A DNA stretch of 64,000 nt, taken from contig CALVZV010000001.1 of assembly GCA_944372665.1 (NCBI GenBank), forward strand, positions 4,714 through 68,713, given 5' to 3'. The position numbers and the translations under genes are program-made. Positions 7,684 to 19,318 of this stretch are shown here, piece after piece. The stretch comes from an uncultured Clostridia bacterium (GTDB lineage: Bacteria > Bacillota > Clostridia > Christensenellales > DTU072). The notes below the pieces were generated by a model, which saw nothing but the letters and a program-made list of their open reading frames with translations, searched no databases and was not told the DNA's origin. Numbering within the stretch: the first letter of the stretch is position 1; each line of letters begins with the position of its first letter.

Positions 7684-9673
7684 GGTAAAAAGACTCGGAA
7701 TGCTGGCTCATGCCGGCGAACGCGACGCGATCATGCGTTTGCTTACCGAATCGGGTGCGGCGGAAGTCGCGCCGATGCCGGTTCCCGACGGACTCAAAAC
7801 CGAGACCGCCGATTTTTACGAACTCGATTCCAAGACCGCCAAAGCCGAATTCGGCATTTATTTCATAAAAGAGATCTACAAACTGGCGTCCGCCGAAGAG
7901 GGCAAAAAGCTGCCGCGTCTTAATTTTAAACGCGAAAACAAGCTGTACGATCTGGAGGAATACTATTCAGTCAAAGCCGAGGAGAACTTTTTGTTCGCCA
8001 AAACGGACGAGATGAAGGCCCTGATGAGCGAGATGGTAGAAAGCAAGTCGCGGCTGTCGCGCATACGTGCCGAAAAAGAGCAGCTGAAAGCCTATCTGAA
8101 CATAAACACACCTTTTTCCGCATTCGTTCCGAGCAGGTATACGGACAGTTTTCTGGGGCTGATCCCTTCGGAAAGGCGCGAGGAGTTCAACGAAAAGATC
8201 GGCGAGATCCCTGCCGAAATATTCACCTTCGATTCCGTGGGCGCCGTTGCGGTCGCTGCGGTGTGCCTGAAAGAAAACACCGAGGAGCTGACCGCGGCGC
8301 TGACAGCATTCGAATTCCAGCGCTGCGCGTTCGATTATGCGTGCACCGCCTCAGAGAGGTGCCGTGTTCTGGACGGGGAAGCGTCGGAAATAGAGAAAAG
8401 AAGGAAGGGAATCGTTTCCGAGGGCGAAAGCTATTTCGGGCTGCTGGAAAAATTCAAAATCCTTTACGACGCCTATTCGTTGGACAAGGAAACGATGAAA
8501 GCGGGCGAAATGAGCGCCCGGACCGGCGAAACTTTTATGCTCGAAGCATGGGTCCCGGCCGCGAAAGCGGAATCTTTAAAAAAGACCCTTGCCGAAAAAT
8601 GCGAATACCTGTTTATCGAATTCCGCGATCCGACCGAGGACGAAACTCCGCCCACGATTCTGAAAAACAACAAATTCGCCGGCGCGTTCGAGGATATTAT
8701 CGCCATGTTCGGCATGCCCGGTTACCGTGAGCGCGATCCCAGCATTTTCGTGGCGATATTCTATTTTCTGTTCTTCGGGATAATGATCAGCGACGCAGGC
8801 TACGGACTGTTGCTGGCGATAGGGTGTTTCCTGGTACTTAAGATCAAAAAACCCGTCAAGAATTCGGGCAGGATGCTGACGATGTTTGCGTTTTGCGGTA
8901 TCGCGACGGTAATATGGGGCGCGCTGTTCGGCGGTTGGTTTTCGATCACGCTGCGCGAAGGCAGCCTGCTGGACAAGATAAAATGGTTCAATCCGATGGA
9001 CGAACCCCTTAAAATGTTCCTGCTCGCCATCGGCGCGGGCGCCGTGCAGATGGCGGTGGGCTTCGCGCTTAAAGGCGTCGACGAGATCAAGTCCGGGCAT
9101 ATCGCCCACGGCATTTTCGCCCAGTTCGGCTGGGTGGTTATCTTCATTGCTTTGGGACTGCTGTTCCCGACGCTCACGATATTCCTCGGCGCGGTCAGAG
9201 TTAGCGAGACTCCGGCGTGGGTGTCCGTCTGCGCGGACGTGGCGCTGTATTTCGGACTAACCGGCTTCGCCATGATAATTGTCGGCGGCGTCGTCGGCAA
9301 GAAAAACGTAATAAAAGCCGTAGGAGGCGCATTCGGCTCCGTTTACGGTTCGATCAACGTGGTCAGCGACCTGTTGAGTTATTCCAGACTGTTCGGGCTG
9401 GGACTGACCACCGGGGTCATAGGCTATGTCGTTAACATGCTTGCCGACCTCATAGTCAACACGTTCTTCGGCGGCGGATGGTACGGCTGGATAGTCGCAG
9501 TGCCCGTGCTCATCGTCGGTCACGCGTTCAATATGAGTATCAATCTGCTGGGCGCGTACGTACACGACTCCAGGCTGCAGTACGTCGAATTTTTCGGCAG
9601 GTTCTACGAAGGACACGGTCACGCGTTCAGACCGCTGGGCGCGTCTACAAGATATACTTATCTGAATAACTGA
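7670..9673 (+). CDS. ntpI: V-type ATPase subunit I (membrane a-subunit)
   Basis: 667 aa with a soluble N-terminal half and a polytopic C-terminal half carrying the conserved LSYSRLFGLGL...H motif region. Confidence 0.9.
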   Translation: MAVVRVKRLGMLAHAGERDAIMRLLTESGAAEVAPMPVPDGLKTETADFYELDSKTAKAEFGIYFIKEIYKLASAEEGKKLPRLNFKRENKLYDLEEYYSVKAEENFLFAKTDEMKALMSEMVESKSRLSRIRAEKEQLKAYLNINTPFSAFVPSRYTDSFLGLIPSERREEFNEKIGEIPAEIFTFDSVGAVAVAAVCLKENTEELTAALTAFEFQRCAFDYACTASERCRVLDGEASEIEKRRKGIVSEGESYFGLLEKFKILYDAYSLDKETMKAGEMSARTGETFMLEAWVPAAKAESLKKTLAEKCEYLFIEFRDPTEDETPPTILKNNKFAGAFEDIIAMFGMPGYRERDPSIFVAIFYFLFFGIMISDAGYGLLLAIGCFLVLKIKKPVKNSGRMLTMFAFCGIATVIWGALFGGWFSITLREGSLLDKIKWFNPMDEPLKMFLLAIGAGAVQMAVGFALKGVDEIKSGHIAHGIFAQFGWVVIFIALGLLFPTLTIFLGAVRVSETPAWVSVCADVALYFGLTGFAMIIVGGVVGKKNVIKAVGGAFGSVYGSINVVSDLLSYSRLFGLGLTTGVIGYVVNMLADLIVNTFFGGGWYGWIVAVPVLIVGHAFNMSINLLGAYVHDSRLQYVEFFGRFYEGHGHAFRPLGASTRYTYLNN

Positions 9674-9703
9674 AAAACGGTTGTTCGGCCACGTTAAAAA
9701 TAA

Positions 9704-10228
<525 letters not shown>

Positions 10229-10229
10229 G

Positions 10230-10811
10230 ATGGAAAACAAAATAGCCTTAAAAATAATATCCGACGCTGAGGAAAAGGCGCGCGCGATTAAGGCGGAGGC
10301 CGAGGAAAAGGCGAAGGTGATCCTTGGCAAAGCGGACTCCGAAATCGCCGCCATGGAAAAAGCGTTCGGAGACGAAAAAGCGAGAATGCTCTCCGAGGCG
10401 CGCCGTTCCGCCAAGGTACAGGCGGAGTTGGAACTGAAAAAGAGCAAACTTTCCGCCGAAAAAAGCGTTATCGACATGATATTCGATAACGCAGGGAAAC
10501 GTATTGCCGCGCTGCCTAAAAAGGAGTATCTTGAGCTTATAGCCGACATGATGACAGCGGCGGAAAACGGCGACGAAGTTAAAATCGCGGAAAAAGACAA
10601 AAGCGTTATCACCGAGGCTTTCGTAAAAAAGTGCGCCGACAAACTGAAAATCAAGCTGAAACTTTCCAAAAAACACGAGGATATTTCGGGCGGCGTGATC
10701 CTTGCGGGCGCGGTCGCGGATAAGAATCTGTCGCTGGAAGCCGATTTCAAGGAGTTGAGAGAAAGCCTGGAGAGCGATATAGCGCGCATTCTTTTCGGAG
10801 AGGAGAAATGA
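10230..10811 (+). CDS. ntpE: V-type ATPase subunit E
   Basis: Start moved from 10170 to the ATG at 10230 (MENKIALKIISDAEEKA...), 2 nt after the ntpK stop. Coiled-coil N-terminus plus globular C-terminus, typical of subunit E. Confidence 0.85.
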   Translation: MENKIALKIISDAEEKARAIKAEAEEKAKVILGKADSEIAAMEKAFGDEKARMLSEARRSAKVQAELELKKSKLSAEKSVIDMIFDNAGKRIAALPKKEYLELIADMMTAAENGDEVKIAEKDKSVITEAFVKKCADKLKIKLKLSKKHEDISGGVILAGAVADKNLSLEADFKELRESLESDIARILFGEEK

Positions 10812-11779
10812 ACGAAGGGTTGCTTTTTGCAAACGGTGCCGTCAGGACCAAGGAGTCAGGGCTGTTCACCGGCGAAAAGCTGGGGCGGCTGATAGAATCG
10901 GATACTCTGCGCGACGCGGTGAGGGTGCTGGTCGAGGGCGGCTACGGCTCGGGCAGCATCCCGGATAATCCCGAAGACTTCGAAAAGTTGCTCAAAGATG
11001 AGGAAAACGCCGTGGAGAGCTTTGTCCGCAAGAGCGCGCCCGCGGGCTCGGGGTTCGAGTGCTTCTGGCTGGAAAGGGACTATCATAATTTGAAAGTGCT
11101 TATGAAAGCCGAATGTTTCGGAGCCGGAACCGAAGGACTGACCGTGGAAGGCGGCAGGGAGAGCGTCGCTTCGCTGAAGGAAAAACTGGAAGCGGGCACG
11201 GGCTTTAACGAGTTTGCCTCGGCCGCAATAGCGAAGATACGCGCCGAAAAGGAAAACGGAAAGCTTACTCCGCGTTCGGTGGACTGTCTGCTGGACAAAG
11301 CCGCTTATGCGGAGATCGATTCGCTGATATCCGCAAGAGGAGTAGCCGAGGCGGTCAGAAATTATTTCCGTTCGGGCGCCGACCTGACGAATATCGCGTC
11401 GTTTGCCAGGACCGTCGCTATCGGCGGCGGATACGAATTTTTCTCGGACTGTTTCGTGCCCGGAGGCGTCATTCCCGAAGACCGTTTCAAACGCGCTTTC
11501 AGGGAATCGGAATCGCCTTACGCGCTGCTGAAACTTACCGGATTAAGAGGCGAAGCCGACGGCGTGACTTCGGTGGCGCAGCTGGAACGGTTAAAGGACG
11601 ACTACCTTCTGGAGCTGTTTTCGTCGTCAAAGTCGGACATGTTCACCGTACAGCCGATAATGGGATATTACCTCGGCAAAAAGACGGAAATCAAAATGCT
11701 GCGCATAGCTCTGGTATGTATCAAAAACGGGGTTCCGCGCGAAGAAATAAAGAAAAGAATGAGGAAACTGTATGCCTAA
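10808..11779 (+). CDS. ntpC: V-type ATPase subunit C (d-subunit homologue)
   Basis: 323 aa; position and size match NtpC. ATGA overlap with ntpE. Confidence 0.85.
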   Translation: MNEGLLFANGAVRTKESGLFTGEKLGRLIESDTLRDAVRVLVEGGYGSGSIPDNPEDFEKLLKDEENAVESFVRKSAPAGSGFECFWLERDYHNLKVLMKAECFGAGTEGLTVEGGRESVASLKEKLEAGTGFNEFASAAIAKIRAEKENGKLTPRSVDCLLDKAAYAEIDSLISARGVAEAVRNYFRSGADLTNIASFARTVAIGGGYEFFSDCFVPGGVIPEDRFKRAFRESESPYALLKLTGLRGEADGVTSVAQLERLKDDYLLELFSSSKSDMFTVQPIMGYYLGKKTEIKMLRIALVCIKNGVPREEIKKRMRKLYA

Positions 11780-12089
11780 CGACAGAATAGCCGCCGTGGG
11801 CGATAAAGATTCCGTGTTTGCGTTCAAAGCGCTCGGCGTGGACGTGTTCGGCGTCGAAGCGGTCGAGGACGCGGCAAAAACGATCAAGGCGCTGGCGAGG
11901 GAGTATTCGGTCATATTCGTGACCGAGGACGTAGCCGAAGCCAACGCGGAGCTGATAGCCAGATACAAGGCGCGGCCTTATCCCGCCGTCATACCTATAC
12001 CCGGCGCCAACGGGACGAACGGGTTCGGAATGCGCGGCATAGACGCCTGCGTCGAGAAAGCTCTCGGCAGAAATCTGGAAGAAGAATAG
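11772..12089 (+). CDS. ntpG: V-type ATPase subunit F
   Basis: 105 aa. IAAVGDKDSVFAFKALGVDVF... is typical of V-type subunit F (E. hirae NtpG position). Confidence 0.85.
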   Translation: MPNDRIAAVGDKDSVFAFKALGVDVFGVEAVEDAAKTIKALAREYSVIFVTEDVAEANAELIARYKARPYPAVIPIPGANGTNGFGMRGIDACVEKALGRNLEEE

Positions 12090-12110
12090 AGTGGGGAAAG
12101 AGGAGCTTAT

Positions 12111-13862
12111 ATGGGCAAGATAATAAAGGTATCCGGACCGTTGATAGTTGCCGACGGCATGGGCGAAAGCAAAATGTTCGACGTCGTTAAGGTCGGCAAG
12201 GAAAAACTGATAGGCGAGATAATCGAACTGCGCGGCGAGTACGCTTCGATACAGGTCTACGAAGAAACCTCCGGGATAGGACCCGGCGACGAAGTCGTGG
12301 ACACCGACGCGCCGCTGTCGGTGGAACTGGGACCGGGACTTATAGAAAGTATTTACGACGGTATACAACGTCCGTTGGACAAACTCCGCGCGGTCAGCGG
12401 CGACAGGATTGCACGCGGCGTCGAAGCTCCGGCTTTGGATCACGAAAAGAAGTGGGCGTTCGTAGCCACGGCCGCAAAAGGCGACAAGCTGAAAGCAGGT
12501 GACGAACTCGGTTTCGTTCAGGAAAACGTGCTTGTCCGCCATAAAATCACCGTGCCTTACGGTGCCGACGGCGAGGTATCGAAGATCTCCTCGGGAGATT
12601 TTACCGTGGACGACGTCGTGGCTACCATGAAAACGGCGTCCGGAACTGTAAAAGTGACCATGCTGCGCCGTTCCATGGTCAGAAAAGGCAGACCGTATCT
12701 GGAAAAACTCGCCCCCGACGTGCCGATGATAACCGGACAGAGGGTTATAGACACCTTCTTCCCGATTGCCCGAGGCGGAGTCGCGGCGGTGCCCGGACCT
12801 TTCGGGAGCGGCAAAACCGTCGTCCAGCATCAGCTGGCAAAGTGGGCTGACGCGGACATAATAGTCTACGTGGGCTGCGGCGAACGCGGCAACGAGATGA
12901 CCGACGTTCTGAACGAGTTTCCGGAACTGGTGGACCCCAAAACGGGCGAACCGCTGATGAAGCGTACCGTTCTGATAGCCAACACTTCGGATATGCCCGT
13001 CGCCGCCAGAGAAGCCAGCATTTATACGGGCATAACCATCGCAGAATATTTCCGCGATATGGGCTATAACGTGGCGATAATGGCGGATTCGACCAGCAGA
13101 TGGGCGGAAGCGTTAAGGGAAATGAGCGGACGTCTGGAGGAAATGCCGGGCGAAGAAGGATACCCGGCGTACCTGTCAAGCCGACTCGCCGAGTTTTACG
13201 AGCGCGCGGGTATAGTTAAGGTTTTAGGATCCGAAGGGATAACCGGTTCTATTACCGCCATCGGCGCGGTCAGCCCGCCCGGAGGCGATTTGTCGGAGCC
13301 CGTTTCGCAGGCGACTTTGAGAATAGTCAAGGTTTTCTGGGGACTCAGCGCTTCGTTGGCGTACAAACGTCACTTCCCCGCGATAGATTGGCTGCAGAGC
13401 TATTCGCTGTATTCCGACAGACTGGGCGGCTGGTACGACCGCGAGATCGGAGAGGAATGGAACGCAATGAGGGCGGAAGCCATGAGGATACTCCAGGAGG
13501 AAGCGGGACTCAACGAAATCGTCAGACTGGTCGGTATGGACGCCTTGGGCGGCCGCGACAAGATCACTATGGATACCGCTAAATCGATACGCGAGGACTA
13601 TCTGCATCAGAACGCTTTTCACGAAACGGATACTTATACGTCCGTCAGAAAACAGATGAAGATGCTGAAGCTCATACTCGATTTCGACCACCGCGCCAGG
13701 AGAGCGCTGGTCGAAAACGTCGACGTCGAGGACATACTCGAGCTTGACGTCAAGGAAAAGATAGGCAGGAGCAAATATATTCCCGAAGAAAATATCGGCG
13801 AATTCGACGCCATAGAGGACGAGCTTGCGATACAGTTCGAAAATCTCATCGGACAGAGGTAA
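12111..13862 (+). CDS. ntpA: V-type ATPase catalytic subunit A
   Basis: 583 aa. Walker A motif GPFGSGKTV, plus the non-homologous insert region and C-terminal domain typical of A subunits. No intein-sized insertion. Confidence 0.95.
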   Translation: MGKIIKVSGPLIVADGMGESKMFDVVKVGKEKLIGEIIELRGEYASIQVYEETSGIGPGDEVVDTDAPLSVELGPGLIESIYDGIQRPLDKLRAVSGDRIARGVEAPALDHEKKWAFVATAAKGDKLKAGDELGFVQENVLVRHKITVPYGADGEVSKISSGDFTVDDVVATMKTASGTVKVTMLRRSMVRKGRPYLEKLAPDVPMITGQRVIDTFFPIARGGVAAVPGPFGSGKTVVQHQLAKWADADIIVYVGCGERGNEMTDVLNEFPELVDPKTGEPLMKRTVLIANTSDMPVAAREASIYTGITIAEYFRDMGYNVAIMADSTSRWAEALREMSGRLEEMPGEEGYPAYLSSRLAEFYERAGIVKVLGSEGITGSITAIGAVSPPGGDLSEPVSQATLRIVKVFWGLSASLAYKRHFPAIDWLQSYSLYSDRLGGWYDREIGEEWNAMRAEAMRILQEEAGLNEIVRLVGMDALGGRDKITMDTAKSIREDYLHQNAFHETDTYTSVRKQMKMLKLILDFDHRARRALVENVDVEDILELDVKEKIGRSKYIPEENIGEFDAIEDELAIQFENLIGQR

Positions 13863-13864
13863 GT

Positions 13865-15253
13865 ATGCTGAAAGAGTATAAAACAATTAAGGAAATAGTC
13901 GGACCGTTGATGCTTGTGGAAGGGGTCTCGGGCGTTAAATACGACGAATTGGTCGAAATTACCGGCGAGGACAACGATTTAAGGCGCGGCAAGGTGCTGG
14001 AAGTCAACGGCGACAGAGCCTTGGTACAGCTTTTCGAAGGCTCCCACGGTATCCGTATTGCCACAGCCAAAGCGCGTTTTCTCGGCAAGCCTATGGAACT
14101 CGGTTGTTCCGCGGATATGCTGGGACGCGTTTTCGACGGAATGGGACGTCCCAAGGACGGCGGCGACGCCGTGATCGCGGACAAGCGTTTCAACGTCAAC
14201 GGACAGGCGATAAACCCCGTAGCGCGCGACTATCCCGACGAATTCATACAGACCGGCGTAAGCGCCATAGACGGACTCAACACTTTGGTCAGAGGTCAGA
14301 AGCTGCCCGTATTCAGCATGTCGGGACTGCCGCACGCCAATCTCGCCGCGCAGATAGCAAGACAGGCAAAGGTGCTGGACGACTCAGAGGAATTCGCCGT
14401 CGTGTTCGCTGCGATAGGCATTACTTTCGAAGAAGCCGATTATTTCATCACCGATTTCAAAAAGACGGGCGCGATCGACAGAACGGTCATGTTCGTGAAC
14501 CTTGCCAACGATCCCGCCATAGAGCGTATAGCCACGCCCAGAATGGCGCTGACCGCGGCGGAATACCTTGCTTTCGAAAGGGGTATGCACGTTCTGGTCA
14601 TCATGACGGACATAACAAATTACGCCGAAGCGCTGCGCGAAGTCAGTGCGGCAAGAAAGGAAGTGCCCGGACGCAGAGGCTATCCCGGATATCTGTACAC
14701 CGACCTCGCGTCGATCTACGAAAGGGCAGGCAGGATACGAGGCAGAAAGGGCTCGATCACCGAAATACCCATTCTGACGATGCCCGAAGACGACAAAACG
14801 CACCCGATACCCGACCTGACGGGATATATCACCGAAGGACAGATCATCCTGTCAAGAGAGCTTTATAAAAAAGGCATCAATCCGCCGATAGACGTACTGC
14901 CGTCGCTTTCGCGACTGAAAGACAAAGGTATAGGCGCGGGCAAAACGCGCAAAGATCACGCCGACACGATGAACCAGCTTTTCGCGGCGTACGCGAGGGG
15001 CAAGGAAGCCAAGGAACTCGAAGCCATACTGGGCGAAGCGGCATTGTCGCAGATGGATCTTAAGTATGCCGATTTTGCGGAAGCGTTCGAAAAGAGATAC
15101 GTGTCCCAGGGCTTCGACGCCAACCGTCCCGTGGACGAAACGCTTAATCTGGGCTGGGAGCTTTTGAGGCTGCTGCCGAAATCGGAGCTTAAACGTATCC
15201 GCGACGAATACATCGGCGAATTTTACGGCGACGCGGCGCGCGAAAACGAGTGA
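13865..15253 (+). CDS. ntpB: V-type ATPase subunit B
   Basis: 462 aa. [17 protein letters not shown]..., [15 protein letters not shown] and [14 protein letters not shown] are typical of B subunits. Confidence 0.95.
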   Translation: MLKEYKTIKEIVGPLMLVEGVSGVKYDELVEITGEDNDLRRGKVLEVNGDRALVQLFEGSHGIRIATAKARFLGKPMELGCSADMLGRVFDGMGRPKDGGDAVIADKRFNVNGQAINPVARDYPDEFIQTGVSAIDGLNTLVRGQKLPVFSMSGLPHANLAAQIARQAKVLDDSEEFAVVFAAIGITFEEADYFITDFKKTGAIDRTVMFVNLANDPAIERIATPRMALTAAEYLAFERGMHVLVIMTDITNYAEALREVSAARKEVPGRRGYPGYLYTDLASIYERAGRIRGRKGSITEIPILTMPEDDKTHPIPDLTGYITEGQIILSRELYKKGINPPIDVLPSLSRLKDKGIGAGKTRKDHADTMNQLFAAYARGKEAKELEAILGEAALSQMDLKYADFAEAFEKRYVSQGFDANRPVDETLNLGWELLRLLPKSELKRIRDEYIGEFYGDAARENE

Positions 15254-15281
15254 ACCGTCTGTACGGTAATAGTGTGAAAAT

Positions 15282-15923
15282 ATGACCAGACTGAACGTAA
15301 ACCCCACAAGAATGGAAATGCGCGCGCTGAAATCGCGCCTTAAAACGGCTGTCAGAGGACACAAACTCCTGAAGGACAAGTCGGACGAGACAGTGCGCCG
15401 TTTTATGGAGTATGTCAGGCTGAACAGGAAACTCAGGCGCGAGACCGAAGCCGAGGTCACGGCGGCGCTCAAGGCGTTTTTGCTGGCATCTGCGGCAAAT
15501 TCTCCCGAAAGCATTGCCGAAGCCGTCGAAGTGCCTGCGCGCGAAGTCAGGCTTAAGTCGGGCGAGTGCAACATAATGAGCGTCTACGTTCCGCAAATAG
15601 AGATAGAGGAGGGCGACGACAAAGAGCTTTATCCTTATTCTTTCGCAACGGTGTCGTCGGAACTGGACGATTCGCTTAAAAACCTCGGTAAGGTGCTGGT
15701 GAAACTTATCCGCCTTGCCGAAGTCGAAAAAACATGTAACATGCTGGCGGACGAGATAGAGAAAACGCGCCGCAGAGTCAACGCGCTGGAATACGTGCTG
15801 ATACCCGACTACGAGGAAACCATAAAATATATCACGATGAAATTGGACGAGAACGAACGTGCCAATACAATCCGTTTGATGAAAGTAAAATCAATGTTGG
15901 AGAAGGAATCGGGCGGGAGGTAA
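15282..15923 (+). CDS. ntpD: V-type ATPase subunit D
   Basis: 213 aa. MTRLNVNPTRMEMRALKSRLKTAVRGHKLLKDK is the typical subunit D N-terminus. Confidence 0.9.
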   Translation: MTRLNVNPTRMEMRALKSRLKTAVRGHKLLKDKSDETVRRFMEYVRLNRKLRRETEAEVTAALKAFLLASAANSPESIAEAVEVPAREVRLKSGECNIMSVYVPQIEIEEGDDKELYPYSFATVSSELDDSLKNLGKVLVKLIRLAEVEKTCNMLADEIEKTRRRVNALEYVLIPDYEETIKYITMKLDENERANTIRLMKVKSMLEKESGGR

Positions 15924-15924
15924 C

Positions 15925-17400
15925 ATGCACCGCTTAAAATTATTTTTCGTATTGTCGCTTATTGTCGCCGTAATGTGTTTTGCGGTTGCCTGTGACGGCA
16001 ATTCGGGAACCCAAAATCCGAATAACCCGGATCGGACCGACTCTTTGCCGGATACCGACGGCAACGGAGGGGAAATAGATACAGACCCCGACACCGCGCC
16101 GGGAGAAAACGACGACGAGTCTTTCGAGCCGGCGCCGGATACCGACGGTATGCTGAAGTATGTGCTTAAAAGCGACGGCACGTATGCCGTCAGAGGACTT
16201 GCCGACGTGAATTCGAGATCCGTTTCGATCCCAGAGACATTCAACTCTAAAGACGTCACTTCCATAGAGGCGGAAGCGTTCAGCGGTAGCCGTATTCAAA
16301 ACGTGACTATAGCCGCCGGCGTAAAGACCATAGGCGACAAGGCTTTCGCGCTGTGCTACGACCTGGTCGGAGTGTCTTTCGCGCCCGGTTCGGCGCTGAC
16401 TTCGATAGGCGACAGGGCTTTCGATATCTGCGAATCGCTGACCGCTATAGAGATACCCGACGGCGTTACGGAGATAGGCGCGTATTGTTTCAGGGATGCG
16501 TACGAACTGAAGGACGTTTCTTTCCCGGACAGCGTTGTCAGAGTCGGCGAAAACGCCATGGAAAATACCGCCTGGCTGAAAAACGCCGATCCCGGCGTGG
16601 TGTACATCGGTTCGACCGCATACGCTTATCAACATATCGACGAGGTCAAAGCCCCGTGGGTGGTGATAGAAGAGGGTACTTTGTCCGTTGCCGACGGCGC
16701 GTTTTCGTGCGACGATCTGATCGTCAAAGTCGTGATACCGGCGTCCGTAACTCATATCGGATACAAAGCGTTCACCTGCTGCAAAAATCTTGCTTCCATT
16801 GAAGTCGATACGTTGAATCCGGTATATTATTCGGACAAAAACGCGCTGGTGGAAAGAGCAACGCTTACCGTGCTTAAGGGCGTTGATTCCGTACCCGGCA
16901 ACGCGACGTCGATAGGCGATTTTGCGTATGCGTACAGCGCCGCGCTGACCTCACTGACGATGCCCGACAGCGTTGTCAAAATCGGGGTCTCGGCTTTCGA
17001 GGGCGCCGTCAACATGAGCTCGGCAAGTCTTTCGCCCAAAGTGACCGAAATTCCCGACGGCGCTTTCCGCGATGCTTCCGCGCTCGGCTCGTTCAAAGTG
17101 AATAAAGGGGTCAGATCGATCTCCGGCACTGCTTTCAGCGGCTGCGACGCGTTAAAAACCGTCTATCTGGATTCTCCTGCCGTCATAGTCGCGGCGGATA
17201 TGTCGATGTCCGTCGGACACGTTCTGGAGAACGCCGACACCGTTTTCGTCAGCGAAACGGCGTTTTTGGACGACGAGGGCGCTCCGATTAAGGAATACGA
17301 CGTAAAAGACAGTCATCCGTACGTTTACGCCGCGTTCGAAGAAACGGACGTTTCCTCGGTAAGCGGCTATAAAGAGTGGCACAGAACAGAGGTCAGATAA
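15925..17400 (+). CDS. Lipoprotein with BspA-type leucine-rich repeats
   Basis: Lipobox in MHRLKLFFVLSLIVAVMCFAVAC, then an acidic Asp/Pro/Asn-rich linker. Repeated ~23-aa units follow (xIPxxVTxIGxxAFxxCxxLxxV). ATG lies 1 nt after the ntpD stop, with a GGGAGG SD inside ntpD. Confidence 0.8.
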   Translation: MHRLKLFFVLSLIVAVMCFAVACDGNSGTQNPNNPDRTDSLPDTDGNGGEIDTDPDTAPGENDDESFEPAPDTDGMLKYVLKSDGTYAVRGLADVNSRSVSIPETFNSKDVTSIEAEAFSGSRIQNVTIAAGVKTIGDKAFALCYDLVGVSFAPGSALTSIGDRAFDICESLTAIEIPDGVTEIGAYCFRDAYELKDVSFPDSVVRVGENAMENTAWLKNADPGVVYIGSTAYAYQHIDEVKAPWVVIEEGTLSVADGAFSCDDLIVKVVIPASVTHIGYKAFTCCKNLASIEVDTLNPVYYSDKNALVERATLTVLKGVDSVPGNATSIGDFAYAYSAALTSLTMPDSVVKIGVSAFEGAVNMSSASLSPKVTEIPDGAFRDASALGSFKVNKGVRSISGTAFSGCDALKTVYLDSPAVIVAADMSMSVGHVLENADTVFVSETAFLDDEGAPIKEYDVKDSHPYVYAAFEETDVSSVSGYKEWHRTEVR

Positions 17401-17404
17401 AGGC

Positions 17405-18352
17405 ATGCAGGTTGGAGCGTTGAAATTAAAGCCCGCGACCAAGGATTATATCTGGGGCGGCACTAAACTCAAAACGGAATGGGGCAAGCAGGCGGATACC
17501 GAAACCGTGGCGGAATGCTGGGAACTTTCCACGTATCCCGGTTCCGAATCCGAGATCGACGACGCACGTTTCAAAGGTTATACGCTGTCGAAACTTTTGG
17601 GGAAATACCCCGAATTTTTCGGAGAAAAGCTTAAAAATTTTAGCGTTTTCCCCGTGCTTATCAAATTGCTGGACGCTTCTGGCGATCTTTCGGTTCAGGT
17701 ACATCCGTCCGACGAATACGCCCTGAAAAACGAAGGCGAGTACGGCAAAACGGAAATGTGGTATGTGCTCGACGCCGAGGAAGGTGCCTATATTTACTAC
17801 GGATTCAACCGCAAGGTCTGTGCAGATGAGGTCAGGAAAGCCGTCTCGGAAAATGCCGTTACGGCGCTTTTAAATAAGGTCTACGTCAAAAAGGGCGACT
17901 TTTTCCTTGTTCCCGCCGGTACGGTTCACGCGCTTTGCAAGGGCGTTACGGTTTACGAGGTTCAGGAAAATTCGAATCTTACATACAGGGTATACGACTA
18001 CGACAGGAAGGGAAAGGACGGTAAACCGCGCGAACTTCATCTGGAAAAAGCGTTGGAAGTATCGAACTTTTCTCCCGCGGCCGAGGTAAACGAGGTTAAA
18101 GCCAAGCTTGTTGGGGACGCCGAGGTCAGAAAACTGGTTAATACGGATTATTTCAGCGTAAAGGAAGTTCGTATACGCGGAGAATATCTGATGTATTCTC
18201 CCGATTCTTTCATAACCTTTACCGTTGCGGAAGGCAACGGCGAGATAGAGAGCGGGGTATCGTTCAAAAAAGGCGAAAGCTATTTTCTGCCCGCACAACA
18301 GATATACAAACTGCGCGCCGAAAACGCGCTGATCCTGGTAACTACGCTTTAA
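17405..18352 (+). CDS. manA: Mannose-6-phosphate isomerase, class I
   Basis: 315 aa. KDYIWGG, LSVQVHPSDEYA and VPAGTVHAL are cupin metal-site motifs of Firmicute ManA. Confidence 0.85.
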   Translation: MQVGALKLKPATKDYIWGGTKLKTEWGKQADTETVAECWELSTYPGSESEIDDARFKGYTLSKLLGKYPEFFGEKLKNFSVFPVLIKLLDASGDLSVQVHPSDEYALKNEGEYGKTEMWYVLDAEEGAYIYYGFNRKVCADEVRKAVSENAVTALLNKVYVKKGDFFLVPAGTVHALCKGVTVYEVQENSNLTYRVYDYDRKGKDGKPRELHLEKALEVSNFSPAAEVNEVKAKLVGDAEVRKLVNTDYFSVKEVRIRGEYLMYSPDSFITFTVAEGNGEIESGVSFKKGESYFLPAQQIYKLRAENALILVTTL

Positions 18353-18364
18353 CGGAGGAGCAAG

Positions 18365-19318
18365 ATGTATTATATTGGTATAGACGTAGGAGGAATGAGT
18401 ATAAAAGCCGGCGTCGTTGACGAAAACGGCAGACTGCTGGTAAAAGATTCCGTGGCGACGCTTCCGGACAGACATTATTCCGAAATAATCGCGGATATGG
18501 CAGCGCTCAGTCTGAAAGTCTTTTCCGAGGCGGGGATAACGCTTTCCGAAGTCGGCGGAGTAGGCATGGGTATTCCTGGCACCATCAATTCCAAAACGGG
18601 AGTGATAACCTACTCGAACAATATCAATTTCGAAAAAGTGCCGGTCGTCAAAGAGTTCCGGAAACATATCGATCTTCCCGTATATATCAATAACGACGCC
18701 AACGCCGCGGCGTTGGGCGAAGCCAGATTCGGTTCCGGAAAAGGTTCGGGCGACGTCGTGTTCGTGACGCTGGGCACCGGCGTGGGAACGGGAATAATCA
18801 CCGAGGGCAGATTGCTTGAGGGCAAGGTCGGCGCCGGAGCCGAAGGCGGTCATATCGCGCTTAAAATGGGCGGCGAAATGTGCAGCTGCGGCAAGCGCGG
18901 CTGCTGGGAGGCGTACGCCTCGGCTACCGCTTTGATGCGGCAGACCGAAAGGGCGATGGCTTTAAATCCCGACAGTCTTATGAACGAAGAAGCCGCAAGG
19001 GAAGGCAAAATCAGCGGCAGAACGGCTTTCAACGCCATGCGCCGCGGCGACAAAGCCGCAAAGCGCGTCGTCGAAAATTATATCAAATACGTTTCCGAAG
19101 GCATCATCAGCATGGTCAATCTGTTCCGTCCCGACTATGTCCTTATAGGCGGCGGAATATCTAACGAAGGCGACTGGCTGATGTCTAAAATTCAGAGAAG
19201 GGTAAACCGTTACAGCTTCGGCGGGCACCGAAACCCCAAAGTTTATGTGCGAAAAGCCGTTTTGGGCAACGACGCCGGCATATTCGGAGCGGCAGCGCTT
19301 GCGATGGTAAAATCATGA
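18365..19318 (+). CDS. glcK: ROK-family glucokinase
   Basis: 317 aa. YIGIDVGGMSIK ATP motif, NDANAAALGE, and the CSCGKRGCWEAY zinc motif of ROK kinases. Confidence 0.85.
   Translation: MYYIGIDVGGMSIKAGVVDENGRLLVKDSVATLPDRHYSEIIADMAALSLKVFSEAGITLSEVGGVGMGIPGTINSKTGVITYSNNINFEKVPVVKEFRKHIDLPVYINNDANAAALGEARFGSGKGSGDVVFVTLGTGVGTGIITEGRLLEGKVGAGAEGGHIALKMGGEMCSCGKRGCWEAYASATALMRQTERAMALNPDSLMNEEAAREGKISGRTAFNAMRRGDKAAKRVVENYIKYVSEGIISMVNLFRPDYVLIGGGISNEGDWLMSKIQRRVNRYSFGGHRNPKVYVRKAVLGNDAGIFGAAALAMVKS

Noticed and set aside
12111-13862. A possible intein or insertion in NtpA (and in DnaK, TopA and LepA).
   Set aside because: The lengths are normal for the families and the conserved motifs are contiguous. 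There is no extra domain.
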